A DNA stretch of 64,000 nucleotides from Planctomycetota bacterium. Its GTDB lineage: Bacteria > Planctomycetota > UBA8108 > SXIK01. The notes beneath the pieces are model-generated. The model made no database searches. It was not told the DNA's origin and was given only the letters and a program-made list of their open reading frames with translations. Position 1 is the stretch's first letter. Each line of letters begins with the position of its first letter. Positions 10,128 through 20,617 of the stretch are shown in pieces. The stretch spans positions 2,560,001-2,624,000 of the forward strand of contig OZ244999.1 of the NCBI GenBank assembly GCA_965223265.1, given 5' to 3'. The position numbers and the translations under genes were made by a program.

Positions 10128-10913
10128 TCACTCTTCGAGTTCGAAAATTGGTTCCTCGGTGATCGTTTTGTTACCGCTGGCCTCCTCAGCGATGACTTCT
10201 ACCTTGAGCTCCAGCAGTGCACCGGCCGCCGCGAATTCGTCGGCCAGGTTCGCGAATTCCGGGGAGACCGTCATCGACGTGATATCCGCGGGGAAATCCG
10301 TCGCTTGAACGAACACTCGCTCCTCGCCGTCCTCCTCGGCGACCATCTCGGCAACCGCGTGGTAGCGCACGACCTCGGGGCCACCGTCCCCTGGTTCCCA
10401 GGCGATGAGCGGAAAGTCGTCGACGATCAGATCGACCATCGCTGGAAGCGCGTGCGTCAGTTCCGCCGTGCCTTCGAGCTCTGCACCATCGATGGTCTCG
10501 CCTTCAAACTCGTAGGTGCCGGCGGGAAACTTGGCCAGGAATGCGGCGATGTCCGCCTCAAGGTTGTTCTCGTCGAGGGGCGGCTCGGCGCTCTCAGTGA
10601 AAACCTCCGTGCTGCCGATGCGCTTGAGGCCACCGCCGTTTTCCACTTCGAAGATGCTACGACCGCCAGGGCCGGACACTTCGACTTCCTCCCAACCAGG
10701 ACCGTCGAAGAAGAGCTGAATGCCGAGGTCGTTGTCTGTGGCGTTGAATTCAAAGAAGATTTTTGTGTCCGCGAATTGTTCAACTCTGTCGTCCCGGTGC
10801 TTGTTCCGTTTGCTCCGTTTCTTGCCCGCGAATGATTCCGTAACTGCGGGGCCGATGCTGAGGACTGCTATCGCAGCCAACGAAAGGGCGATGATCGAAA
10901 GTTGTTTCCTCAT
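10128..10913 (-). CDS. Secreted acidic hypothetical protein
   Basis: Signal peptide, GGAG RBS, coherent 261-aa ORF; no family recognised. Confidence 0.75.
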   Translation of the reverse strand: MRKQLSIIALSLAAIAVLSIGPAVTESFAGKKRSKRNKHRDDRVEQFADTKIFFEFNATDNDLGIQLFFDGPGWEEVEVSGPGGRSIFEVENGGGLKRIGSTEVFTESAEPPLDENNLEADIAAFLAKFPAGTYEFEGETIDGAELEGTAELTHALPAMVDLIVDDFPLIAWEPGDGGPEVVRYHAVAEMVAEEDGEERVFVQATDFPADITSMTVSPEFANLADEFAAAGALLELKVEVIAEEASGNKTITEEPIFELEE

Positions 10914-11217
10914 GCGACTCTCCTATGTGAGTTGCAGGTAGTGGGATTGGTTCAGACCCGACACGAACTCAACGATACCGCTCGGCGGTTAGAGCAGGAT
11001 TAGGGCAGCGTTAAACGGCACTAATCGGTCGACAGCGCGCCGGGGAGTCGTTGTCAGGCGTTCTTTACGAAACTCGCCACCGCTTCTTCGACAGCGCCGA
11101 AGTCGGACAGTTTGAGTCCTACGTTCCCAGCCGGCCGAAATCTTCGAAGATTGGGGGCGACCGCGTATACTGTCCGAGTCCGCAAAAACGGACGCACGAT
11201 CGGACTGAGGAATGAAA

Positions 11218-12825
11218 ATGAGCCAAGAGACGAGTCCAGCTGTATCCTTCGACAACACGTTGACGAGTGAACTGCCCGAGGATCCGGAGACGTCGAACCA
11301 CCGGCGACAAGTAGAACGAGCGTGCTTCTCGCGCGTCCTACCGAAGAGTGCTGCGCGTCCTCGGCTCGTCGCTTACTCACCGGAGGTCGCCGAACTCCTC
11401 GACTTCTCGAGTTTCTTCTGCGATTCCGAGGAGTTCGTGCAAGTCTTTTCAGGGAACCAGCTGATGCCAGGAATGGACCCGTACGCCGCATGTTACGGCG
11501 GCCATCAGTTTGGAGCCTGGGCGGGGCAACTCGGCGATGGCCGTGCCATCAACCTTGGGGAAATCGTGAACAAGCGAGAAGAGCGCTGGACGCTGCAGCT
11601 CAAGGGTGCCGGTCCGACGCCCTATTCGCGCGGCGCCGACGGACTCGCCGTCCTGCGATCGTCGCTCCGCGAGTTTCTTTGCAGTGAGGCCATGCACCAT
11701 CTGGGAGTGCCGACAACGCGGGCGCTCAGTCTGATCCTCACGGGCGAAAACGTCGTGCGGGATATGTTCTACGACGGAAACCCCAAGCCGGAGCCCGGCG
11801 CTGTGGTTTGCCGGGTGGCTCCATCCTTCACCCGTTTCGGCAACTTCCAGATTCATACGGCGCGCCGCGAGTTCGACGTGCTCCGACAACTCGTCGATTA
11901 CACGATCCGCACCGATTTTCCGCACCTCGGTGCGCCTGAGGCGGACGTCTACGTGGCCTGGTTTGAAGAGGTGTGTCGACGAACTGTCGACATGATCAAT
12001 CATTGGCTACGCGTCGGGTTTGTGCATGGGGTGATGAACACCGACAACATGTCGATCCTCGGTCTGACGATCGACTACGGACCCTACGGCTGGCTCGAGG
12101 ATTTCGACGTCAACTGGACGCCGAACACCACCGACGCCAGCGGTCGGCGGTATCGTTTCGGAAACCAGTCTCAGATCGCGCTGTGGAACTTGGTGCAGCT
12201 GGCCCAGGCGATCAGCCCACTCTTCGAAGACATCGAACCACTCAAGAACGTCTTGGAGGAGGTCCCCGACCGCTTCCAAAGCGGCTGGCGCTCGATGATG
12301 GCCGCGAAGCTTGGGCTCGAAGGGTTCATTCCCGATCTCGACGACGCGCTCATGTCCGACCTGATCTCCGTCCTGCAGCTGGTCGAAACCGACATGACGA
12401 TTTTTTTTCGCGCCCTGGCAGCGATCGACTGCTCGCCAGGCGCGGCGGACAGCGCGAATGACGAGGAGCTGTTTGCGCCGCTGACCGACGCCTACTACGA
12501 GCCGGCGAAGATCACGGTGGAGCACCGTGCACGCATCGCCGATTGGCTGCGGCGCTACCGGCGTCGTGCGCAGGCGAGCGGTATCCCTGAAGCAGAGCGC
12601 CGCGAGAGGATGAACGCTGTGAATCCAAAGTACGTCCTGCGCAACTACCTCGCCCAACTCGCGATCGACAAGGTAGAGGAGGGCGACATGACCATGGTGC
12701 ATGAGCTACTCGACGTTCTCCGCCATCCATACGACGAGCAGCCGAAGAGTGAGCACTTGGCGGCGAAACGACCAGAATGGGCGCGTCACCGCCCCGGATG
12801 CTCGATGCTTTCCTGCAGTTCCTGA
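11218..12825 (+). CDS. selO: Protein adenylyltransferase SelO (YdiU family), Cys form
   Basis: YGGHQFG, GQLGDGRA, QLKGAGPTPYSR, HGVMNTDNMS, IDYGPYG, NPKYVLRNY motifs and C-terminal CSMLSCSS. Confidence 0.95.
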   Translation: MSQETSPAVSFDNTLTSELPEDPETSNHRRQVERACFSRVLPKSAARPRLVAYSPEVAELLDFSSFFCDSEEFVQVFSGNQLMPGMDPYAACYGGHQFGAWAGQLGDGRAINLGEIVNKREERWTLQLKGAGPTPYSRGADGLAVLRSSLREFLCSEAMHHLGVPTTRALSLILTGENVVRDMFYDGNPKPEPGAVVCRVAPSFTRFGNFQIHTARREFDVLRQLVDYTIRTDFPHLGAPEADVYVAWFEEVCRRTVDMINHWLRVGFVHGVMNTDNMSILGLTIDYGPYGWLEDFDVNWTPNTTDASGRRYRFGNQSQIALWNLVQLAQAISPLFEDIEPLKNVLEEVPDRFQSGWRSMMAAKLGLEGFIPDLDDALMSDLISVLQLVETDMTIFFRALAAIDCSPGAADSANDEELFAPLTDAYYEPAKITVEHRARIADWLRRYRRRAQASGIPEAERRERMNAVNPKYVLRNYLAQLAIDKVEEGDMTMVHELLDVLRHPYDEQPKSEHLAAKRPEWARHRPGCSMLSCSS

Positions 12826-12844
12826 AACCATCGGAAGACGAACC

Positions 12845-15800
12845 ATGACCCGTAGATCGATGATTGGGCTAACGCTTGCGGCTCTTGTCGCCGTCAGCTT
12901 GTTCTTCTCGGCGCAGGTGCACGAGACTCTCGCCGGCGAAACCGCGAGCACTGCAGCGGCTTCGGCAGAGGCTCTCGCGACCGACTACGCGACTGAAGTG
13001 CAGCCCCTGCTTGAGAAGTACTGTCATCGATGCCACGCCGGCGATCGCACCGAAGCTGAAATCGATCTCGGTGCCGTCGCGTCATTCGTTGACGTAAGAA
13101 AGGACCCGCGCACATGGCAGAAGGTGCGCGGCATGCTCGTGAGTGCGCAGATGCCCCCGAAAAAGTCGGCGCAGCCGTCAGATGCCGAGCGAGCTCGGTT
13201 GACCGCTTGGGTGCGTGACTATCTCCGCCTCGAAGCAGAGGCGCACGCCGGAGATCCGGGTCGTGTCGTCCTGAGGCGGCTCAGCAACACCGAGTACACG
13301 TACACTGTGCGTGACCTCACAGGCGTGACGACGCTCGACCCTGTACGTGAATTCCCAGTAGATGGTGCGGCTGGCGAAGGATTCACGAATACCGGCGACG
13401 CGCTCGTGATGTCGCCGTCGCTCGTCACCAAGTATTTGGATGCCGCGAAAGACATCGCGTCTCACGCAGTACTCTTACCAGACGGCATGCGTTTCTCGGC
13501 CGGCGCGACGCGTCGAGACTGGAGTGATGAGCTCTTGGGAGAGGTTCGCGAGTTTTATCGCCAATTCACCGACCGCGGTGGCGGGGCGCTGGAAAGCGTC
13601 ACGGACGAATCGCAGCGCTTGCCGCTCGAGGAGTACCTTAGGGCGACGCTCACGGAACGTCGAGTCCTGCAGCGGCAGAAGCAGTCGATCGAAGAAATCG
13701 CGCGTGCGCGACGATTGAACGCTAAGTATCTGCGTGCCCTTTGGACCACGCTCACGGCCGATGACGAGACCACGGCATCCTCGCTACTCCTCGACCGCGT
13801 GCGGCAGCGCTGGCGCGATGCAAGCGAAGACGACGCTACGGAACTGGCGGATGATATTGCCGCCTGGCAATCAGTGCTCTGGAAGTTCAACAAGATCGGG
13901 CAGATCGGTCGCGAGGGCGGCCCGGAGTCATGGCAGGAAGCGGTCGACCCGCTCGTCGAGCGGCAAGAGTTTCGCGTGCAGGTGCCCAAAGATACGCGTG
14001 AAGGGCTTGTGACGGTCTATCTCGCCGCAGGCGATGCGGGCGACGGGAACAGCGGCGACTACGTCGTTTGGAAGAATCCACGCCTCGAAGGTGGCGGTCA
14101 GGTGACGGTGCCGCTGCGGACAGCGGCTGGATTGGCGCAGCGCCTGGAAGTCTTCCGCCGCACAGCGGTGGCGAAAACCGCGAAGTATCTGGCCGCGGTT
14201 TCCGACTTCGATGCAGCGTCGAGCGCAGAGACGCTCGCGACCCGCTATGGCATCGATGCTTCGGTTCTGAGCGCGTGGCTGAACTATCTCGACGTCGGCG
14301 ACCCGGGCCCCGTCGAAGTGAAAGGGCACCTCACGAACAAACTGGAGAAAACGGGAAACTACGATTTTGTTCGCGGCTTCGGGAGTGAAGGAGCTCCATC
14401 GATCGTCGCGAACGCCTCCGACGACGAAGTACGCGTTCCTGGCGTCGCGAAGCCGCGTTCGGTCTTGGCGCATCCGTCTGCGACGCACTACGCGGCTGCC
14501 GGATGGCAGAGCCCCATCGCGGGTGAGGTCCACGTCGCTGCTTACCTCAGCGATGCCCATCCTGAATGCGGCAACGGCGTTGAGTGGGTACTGGAGCACC
14601 GAACGGGTCGAAAGACGACGCACCTCGCCGAAGGTAACATCAACTACCGCGACTCGGCACAGCCGGCAGTTGAGAGCGTCAAGGTCACCAAGGGCGCCCT
14701 GGTCTCCCTCCTCACCGGTTCGAAGGGGCATCACGGATGCGATCTCACGAACATCAATCTGATCGTGACCGAGGTCGGTGGGGAGGGGCGCGTGTGGAAC
14801 TTGGCAGGGGACGTCGCGAGCCGCGGCCTCGACAGCAACCCGCACGGCGATGCCTACGGCAATGCTGCGGCTTGGCATTTCTTTCAGGGCGAAATGGCCG
14901 CCGTGCACGCCCGCGGCAAGACTCCCGTCGTTCCGCCCGGTTCACTGCTTGCGAGTTGGCGTTCCGCGGCTGACGCCGGTGAGAGGCAGGCGCTTGCGGC
15001 GCGTATCCAATCCATGGCGGCGGGGGAGCCTCCGCAAGAAAGCGAATCTCCGGATGCCGTTCTCTATCGCCATGTGCAGATCCTTTCGGCTCCGAAGGAT
15101 CATACGAAGCTGCTTTCAGGAGCTGACGTCGATGCACGGTTCGGTCGCCACCCGCTGGGCCACGCCGTGGACGCCGGCGATCTTGTCGTTCAGGCGCCGT
15201 CGGTTGTCAAGTTCCGCTTGCCAGCAGAGCTCGCTCACGGCGAGGGGCGAGAACTTGTTGTGACCGGGGGGCTCGATGCGGAGAGCGCCGAGGGCAGCGT
15301 GCAGCTGCGCGTCGAATTCGCCGCGAGCGAGGCAGCTGATCTCTCTGCGTCGGAGCCCGTGGTGGTTCGTAATAACGGAGCGGCCCGCGCGCGCTTCGAA
15401 GCGGCCTTCGATGCGTTTCGGGAACTCTTTCCCGCGGCCGTTTGTTATCCGCGCATCGTGCCGATCGATGAGGTCGTGACCCTGACGCTCTTCTATCGCG
15501 AGGACGACGTCCTCCAGCGACTCTTTCTCGACAGTGAGCAAGTGGCGGATCTAAACCACCTTTGGGACGAGCTGCTGTTCGTCAGCCATGAACCGCTCGG
15601 GCTCGTCGTTGCATTTGAGCAGATTTCCGAGTTCGCGACCCAGGATCGCCCTGATCTGGTGGTGGCGTTGAAACCACTCGAGAAGCCGATCCGTGACCGA
15701 GCGGAGCGTTTCCGTGAGCGACTTGTTGACGCGGAGACGGTCCATCTCGAAGCAATCCTTGAGTTTGCGAACCGTGCGTGGCGGCGTGCTTTGAGCGAGG

Positions 15801-16981
15801 CTGAAGCGATGAGTCTGCGCGACTTGTACGCGGACCTACGCGTGAGCGAAATTTCACACGAGGAGGCTATACGGCTGACACTGGCGCGTGTGCTGACATC
15901 ACCGGCTTTCCTTTACCGCCTTGAAGAACCCGGCGCCGGGGCTGAGCCCGCAGCAGTGTCGAGCGTCGAGCTGGCCAGTCGTCTCAGCTACTTTCTTTGG
16001 GCTTCCATGCCGGACGCACGACTGAGTCAGTTGGCCGCGGCAGGTCGATTGCACGAGACGTACACGCTCGTCACGCAGGCACGTCGCATGCTTGACGACG
16101 ATCGTACTCGACGGCTTGCCGTCGAATTTGGCTGCCAATGGCTTCACCTGCGAGGCTTCGATCAAAACGACGAAAAGAACGAGAAGCTCTATCCAGAATT
16201 CGCGGCGCTGCGCGGTGACATGTACGAGGAAACGATTCGCTTTTTTATGGACCTCTTCCGTCGCGACGGCTCGATTCTCGAGGTTCTGAACGCCGACTAC
16301 GTGTTCGTTAGCGACGCTTTGGCCGAGCACTACCGGATCGGGAGTCGTGTCCGCACTGGTGGGGACGGCTGGAGTCGCGTCGACGGCGTGCACGCCTCGG
16401 GGCGCGGCGGAGTCCTGGGTATGGCGTCCGTGCTTGCCAGTCAATCCGGCGCCTCGCGCACGAGCCCGATTCTGCGCGGCAACTGGGTGTTCGAGACGCT
16501 ACTAGGAGAGCGGCTGCCGCGGCCTCCTGCGAACGTGCCGCAGCTTCCAGACGCCGTACCGAGCGGGTTGACCGCGCGTCAGCTGATCGAGAGCCACAGC
16601 TCGGTTCCCGAGTGCGCCAAGTGTCATGCCAAGATCGATCCTTACGGCTTCGCGCTCGAGCAGTACGACGCACTCGGTCGGCTCCGACCGAGCGCGGTCG
16701 ACACGAAGACGAAGCTTCCAGATGGCAAGTCCATCGATGGCCTCGAGGGCCTGCGCGATTATCTCGCGCAGGATCGTCGCGAGGACTTCGTACGGCAGTT
16801 TTGCCGGAAGCTTCTAGGCTACGCGCTCGGGCGTGCCGTCCAGCTTTCGGATGAACCTTTGCTCGAGGAGATGGCACACCAACTGAAGGGGAACGGCTAT
16901 CGCTTCAGTGTCGCGGTCGAGGCCATCGTCACCAGTCCCCAATTTCGCCGCATTCGGGGCGCTGAGAGGGCTCACGAGTGA
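12845..16981 (+). CDS. DUF1592-family planctomycete cytochrome c protein (PSD/PSCyt domains)
   Basis: Signal peptide; CHRCH and CAKCH heme motifs; LRRLSNTEY, ELASRLSYFLW, RTSPILRGNWV; paired with DUF1552. Confidence 0.9.
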   Translation: MTRRSMIGLTLAALVAVSLFFSAQVHETLAGETASTAAASAEALATDYATEVQPLLEKYCHRCHAGDRTEAEIDLGAVASFVDVRKDPRTWQKVRGMLVSAQMPPKKSAQPSDAERARLTAWVRDYLRLEAEAHAGDPGRVVLRRLSNTEYTYTVRDLTGVTTLDPVREFPVDGAAGEGFTNTGDALVMSPSLVTKYLDAAKDIASHAVLLPDGMRFSAGATRRDWSDELLGEVREFYRQFTDRGGGALESVTDESQRLPLEEYLRATLTERRVLQRQKQSIEEIARARRLNAKYLRALWTTLTADDETTASSLLLDRVRQRWRDASEDDATELADDIAAWQSVLWKFNKIGQIGREGGPESWQEAVDPLVERQEFRVQVPKDTREGLVTVYLAAGDAGDGNSGDYVVWKNPRLEGGGQVTVPLRTAAGLAQRLEVFRRTAVAKTAKYLAAVSDFDAASSAETLATRYGIDASVLSAWLNYLDVGDPGPVEVKGHLTNKLEKTGNYDFVRGFGSEGAPSIVANASDDEVRVPGVAKPRSVLAHPSATHYAAAGWQSPIAGEVHVAAYLSDAHPECGNGVEWVLEHRTGRKTTHLAEGNINYRDSAQPAVESVKVTKGALVSLLTGSKGHHGCDLTNINLIVTEVGGEGRVWNLAGDVASRGLDSNPHGDAYGNAAAWHFFQGEMAAVHARGKTPVVPPGSLLASWRSAADAGERQALAARIQSMAAGEPPQESESPDAVLYRHVQILSAPKDHTKLLSGADVDARFGRHPLGHAVDAGDLVVQAPSVVKFRLPAELAHGEGRELVVTGGLDAESAEGSVQLRVEFAASEAADLSASEPVVVRNNGAARARFEAAFDAFRELFPAAVCYPRIVPIDEVVTLTLFYREDDVLQRLFLDSEQVADLNHLWDELLFVSHEPLGLVVAFEQISEFATQDRPDLVVALKPLEKPIRDRAERFRERLVDAETVHLEAILEFANRAWRRALSEAEAMSLRDLYADLRVSEISHEEAIRLTLARVLTSPAFLYRLEEPGAGAEPAAVSSVELASRLSYFLWASMPDARLSQLAAAGRLHETYTLVTQARRMLDDDRTRRLAVEFGCQWLHLRGFDQNDEKNEKLYPEFAALRGDMYEETIRFFMDLFRRDGSILEVLNADYVFVSDALAEHYRIGSRVRTGGDGWSRVDGVHASGRGGVLGMASVLASQSGASRTSPILRGNWVFETLLGERLPRPPANVPQLPDAVPSGLTARQLIESHSSVPECAKCHAKIDPYGFALEQYDALGRLRPSAVDTKTKLPDGKSIDGLEGLRDYLAQDRREDFVRQFCRKLLGYALGRAVQLSDEPLLEEMAHQLKGNGYRFSVAVEAIVTSPQFRRIRGAERAHE

Positions 16982-17105
16982 CGAGCACACACGATCGCGT
17001 GGATCCTCCGACCAGCAGATTCGTAGCCGCACGACCAAAGACATCGGGCGCCGTTTTGTGTCTAATAGAGGAGCATCGAAAACACCGGTCCATGGACGAA
17101 GAATC

Positions 17106-18416
17106 ATGACGACGACGAACTACCAGTTCTCACGACGTGCGCTCTTGCGCGGTCTTGGCGTCAGCATGGCGCTCCCTTGGATGGAATCGCTGCGCGTGTG
17201 GGGAGACGAGCCCAAGGCGAACGCCCCGGCGAGCGAAGCGCCGACGCGCATGGCGATCCTCTTTGCCGGCTGCGGCTTTCACAAGCACGAATGGTGGGCG
17301 AAGGGCGAAGGTGCGTCGATGGAGCTCGGTAAGGTGCTGGCGCCGCTGAGCGATTTCCGTGACCGCATGGTTTTCATCAAGGGCCTCTACAACGCGGAGG
17401 CGCTCAAGGGAAACATCCATAGTTCGCAGACGGGCAATCTGCTCTCAGGCGCTCCGCTCGCGGCGGGCGGCACGATTCGTTCCGGCACAAGTGTCGATCA
17501 GGTCGTAGCACAGCAGGTCGGGCGGCAGACGAAGGTGCCGAGTCTGGTGCTCGGCTGTGAGAAATCCAATCCATCGGTGCACAAGAACTACTCGATGCTC
17601 TACAGCTCGCACATCTCGTGGTCGAGCCCGACGACGCCAACGCCGCTGGAGGTTTACCCAGCGCTGGCGTTCGACCGTCTCTTCAAGGATAGCGTCGAGC
17701 GCGGTGATCGGAGCGTTCTCGATGCTGTGCTTGCCGATGCAAAGAATCTCAGGCGGCGTATCAGTCGACTCGACCAAAGGAAACTTGATGAGTACTTGAA
17801 TTCGGTACGTGAGGTCGAGCGACGCGTCGACGATGCCGGCAAGCGTGGTGAGCTGCAGGGATGGAGGCCGACGCTGACGCAGCCGGACATGCAGCGTCCG
17901 AAGGACGGCTACCCGCAGGACATCGTCGAGCACATGCGCCTCATGTGCGACATTCTCGTGCTCGCATTTCAGACGGACTCGACGCGGGTCTGCACACTGA
18001 AGCTGAACAACGACCACGGCACGCTGCGTTTTCCCCACCTGGGCGTCGACTACATGATTCACCACCTGCTTTCACACAGCGACACCGACGACTGGCTGAA
18101 GGTGAATCAGTTCTTCCTTGAGCAGATGGCGTACATTGCCCGCCGTCTCGACTCCATTCAAGAGGGTGAGCGCACGGCACTCGACAACTCTATGGTCATG
18201 CTTTGCTCCAGCATGCTCACCGGGCACCACGACGCGAAGAAGCTGCCAGTCGTGATGGTCGGCGGCGCAGGCGGCCGGCTTCAGGGTGGGCGCAACCTCG
18301 ACTATAGCGACAACCCTAACCGGCAGATGTGCCGACTCTATCTCACCATGATGGAGAAGATGGGCGTGCGCTTGACGAGCTTCGGTGACGCCACGGAGCC
18401 GCTGGCGGAGGTTTGA
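17106..18416 (+). CDS. DUF1552 domain-containing protein
   Basis: SRRALLRGLGVSMALPWMES Tat-like start; SVDQVVA, HISWSS, LAFQTDSTRV motifs; canonical partner of DUF1592. Confidence 0.9.
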   Translation: MTTTNYQFSRRALLRGLGVSMALPWMESLRVWGDEPKANAPASEAPTRMAILFAGCGFHKHEWWAKGEGASMELGKVLAPLSDFRDRMVFIKGLYNAEALKGNIHSSQTGNLLSGAPLAAGGTIRSGTSVDQVVAQQVGRQTKVPSLVLGCEKSNPSVHKNYSMLYSSHISWSSPTTPTPLEVYPALAFDRLFKDSVERGDRSVLDAVLADAKNLRRRISRLDQRKLDEYLNSVREVERRVDDAGKRGELQGWRPTLTQPDMQRPKDGYPQDIVEHMRLMCDILVLAFQTDSTRVCTLKLNNDHGTLRFPHLGVDYMIHHLLSHSDTDDWLKVNQFFLEQMAYIARRLDSIQEGERTALDNSMVMLCSSMLTGHHDAKKLPVVMVGGAGGRLQGGRNLDYSDNPNRQMCRLYLTMMEKMGVRLTSFGDATEPLAEV

Positions 18417-18678
18417 GAGTCGGTGTTTTCGAGGCCACGGCGGATGGCGTGCGTGCTTGGAGCGAGGGAGCCAACGGCGTCGACGACGCGGGGCACGAGC
18501 GGAAGGATATCGTAATGACCTGCCGTGACTGATCCCGGCTTGCGGCCACAGAAGCCGCTTGCATACGGGCTCTCGTTTCGCTTTGCTGTTTGCCGAGAAG
18601 CGCTATACGCGGCGCCGGAGCATGGCGTTCTTCTCGCTCGCTGTCAGATTTCGACTCACGAAAAGCAAGAGAATCTAC

Positions 18679-19026
18679 ATGCCCAAGATCGACTGGCTCT
18701 ACCACCGCCCCGGCTGAACCTCCTGCACCAGATCGCAAGGGTTCCTTGCCGACACCCCACTCGAAGTCGTCACGCAGGTCAACGCGCGACAGAATACGCT
18801 AGGACGTGCCGACGCTCTCAAGCTGGCGAAACAAGTCTCAGAGATCTATGCCATCAAGGGCAAGAAGGTCACGCACGTGCGGATGCGGGATAAGCCGAGC
18901 AGCGACACACTCGCCGCGCTTCTCCTTGGCCCGACCGGCAACCTGCGTGCGCCAACTCTTCGCAAAGGGAAGACCTTGATCGTCGGCTTCAATGCGGACA
19001 CCTACAGCGAGGTCCTCGGAGTCTAG
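18679..19026 (+). CDS. ArsC-family (thioredoxin-fold) selenoprotein, 115 aa, UxxC motif, in-frame TGA at 18715-18717
   Basis: Reads MPKIDWLYHRPG-U-TSC...LLGPTGNLRAPTLRKGKTLIVGFN...; the frame stays open for 102 codons after TGA; absent from the ORF track. Confidence 0.88.
18733..18752 (+). promoter_or_regulatory. Candidate bacterial SECIS hairpin
   Basis: GCAAGG-GTT-CCTTGC stem-loop (18735-18749) with a G in the apical loop ~23 nt after the UGA. Confidence 0.65.
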
Positions 19027-19069
19027 CCGGTGTGTCGGCTCGTTCGGCGTGCGGCGCGCTGCTGCTATG

Positions 19070-20416
19070 CTACTTCGATGGCGTGGATTTCCTCGCCTGC
19101 CGTAGGCAGTAGAACTTCGTCAACGTGCGGATCAAGAGCCGGTCTCCTGCAATCGCGGGCGTTGCCATGCACATCTCCTCGAGAGGATTGGTGCGCACGA
19201 GTTCAAACTCAGGTCCTGCACGAACCACCAGTGTGTCGCCGTCCTCGTTCAGGCAGAAGATTTTGCCGTCGTAAGCCCACGGCGAAGCCGTGTACCCGGA
19301 ACCGGAGCCTAGCCGCTTCTTGCCGTAGACGAGCTTCCCTGTCTTCGCTTCATAGCAAGCGAGAAAGCCGCGGTCGAGAAGTGTGTAGAGATAGTCGCCG
19401 TAGACGATCGAACTCGGATTGTACGGGGCCGCCTTCGGCTGACTCCACGCGATCGAACGGTTAGCCGTCTCGCCGCTCCGAAGCGAGATGTCGCCTTGAC
19501 CGCCATGGCGGATCGCGTAAAGGGGGCGGTTATCATCGAGCACATATCCAGAGCTCACGAAGAGGAAGCCGTGTGCCGAGTAGGGCGTCGCGATCGTGAT
19601 GCTCGACATGCCCTTGAGCTCCCAGAGAAGCTGACCGGCGAGATCGTAAGATCGAACACGCCCTGAGCCTGCCGTGACGATTTCGACACCACCTTCGTGC
19701 TGCCAAACGTATGGTGTCGACCAGTTGCTCTTCTCGTTACGCGGAGTTTTCCATTTGATGTCACCGCTGCCAGCGTCGAGGGCGAGCAAGTACGACGCCT
19801 CCTCGTTGTCGTTGACGAGAATCAGCTGATCGTCGTGGATCACAGGCGAGGCCGCCGTGCCCCAGCCGTAGCGCAGGGGCATGGGGTCCAAACGATGGCT
19901 CCAAACGAGGTTGCCATCGAGATCGTAGGCAAACACGCCGACGTTGCCAAAGTAGGCGTAGATCCGTTTGCCATCCGTCACCGGAGTTTCCGACGCGTAC
20001 GTGTTTTTGATGTGGATCGGCGTTTCAGGCTTGGCCGCATGCGCCACCTTGTGCCATAGAGTTTGCCCGGACTCGAGATCGAAGCAGTAGACGACGTAGC
20101 GGTGTTCGTCCTGGAGCGGGTCCTTGCGATTGCCGCCGAAGTAGAGGCCTTTCTTTGGATCATGATTCTTGCCGGCGCTCACGGCGCTCAGGAGGAACGC
20201 CTTCTGTCCCCAAACGACGGGGCTGGACCAGCTGCGACCTGGCACGTCCACGGCCCATGCGACGTTCGTCTGAGTGTCCCAAACGTGCGGAAGTCCGGCG
20301 TTCGTGGCGACACCTCGCGACTGTGGGCCACGGAATTGGGGCCAGTGATCTTCCGCAGCGGACCCATGGTTAGCACAGCAGAAGAAGCACACGAAGAGCA
20401 GCGAACGGCGGTTCAT
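19070..20416 (-). CDS. PQQ-like beta-propeller repeat protein (BamB-like, planctomycete type)
   Basis: Signal peptide; WPQFRGP, SWSSPVVWG, YASETPVTDG, WGTAASPV, YTASP, ATPAIAG. Confidence 0.9.
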   Translation of the reverse strand: MNRRSLLFVCFFCCANHGSAAEDHWPQFRGPQSRGVATNAGLPHVWDTQTNVAWAVDVPGRSWSSPVVWGQKAFLLSAVSAGKNHDPKKGLYFGGNRKDPLQDEHRYVVYCFDLESGQTLWHKVAHAAKPETPIHIKNTYASETPVTDGKRIYAYFGNVGVFAYDLDGNLVWSHRLDPMPLRYGWGTAASPVIHDDQLILVNDNEEASYLLALDAGSGDIKWKTPRNEKSNWSTPYVWQHEGGVEIVTAGSGRVRSYDLAGQLLWELKGMSSITIATPYSAHGFLFVSSGYVLDDNRPLYAIRHGGQGDISLRSGETANRSIAWSQPKAAPYNPSSIVYGDYLYTLLDRGFLACYEAKTGKLVYGKKRLGSGSGYTASPWAYDGKIFCLNEDGDTLVVRAGPEFELVRTNPLEEMCMATPAIAGDRLLIRTLTKFYCLRQARKSTPSK

Positions 20417-20617
20417 GACGCCTCCAAGTCGTTATCTGGGTTGGCCACTTGTCGTATCACACCTTATCGAGGTGCCGCGCGGTCGTCCACTCGAGTCCAT
20501 GGCGGTCAGCGGCGTCGGCGAGTTCGACGGGTCCCGTCGGTGCAGAAAAAAGAGCGCTTCATGCGAAGATTTCACCATTCCCGTCGAGAGGGGGCGTGCC
20601 GTGGGGCCCTTGCGTGA

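Noticed and set aside
12810-12825. Selenocysteine read-through at the SelO TGA
   Set aside because: The redox position is already Cys (SCSS) and the TGA falls at the family's normal C-terminus.
12701-12844. Upstream extension of the DUF1592 ORF, and similar extensions at 16908, 25558, 32562, 43416 and 8841
   Set aside because: They overlap neighbouring genes or repeats, or precede clear signal peptides or better-placed starts, so downstream starts were chosen.
18525-18893. ORF-track proteins 18525-18893 and 18590-18802
   Set aside because: They are shadow frames of the selenoprotein gene at 18679-19026.
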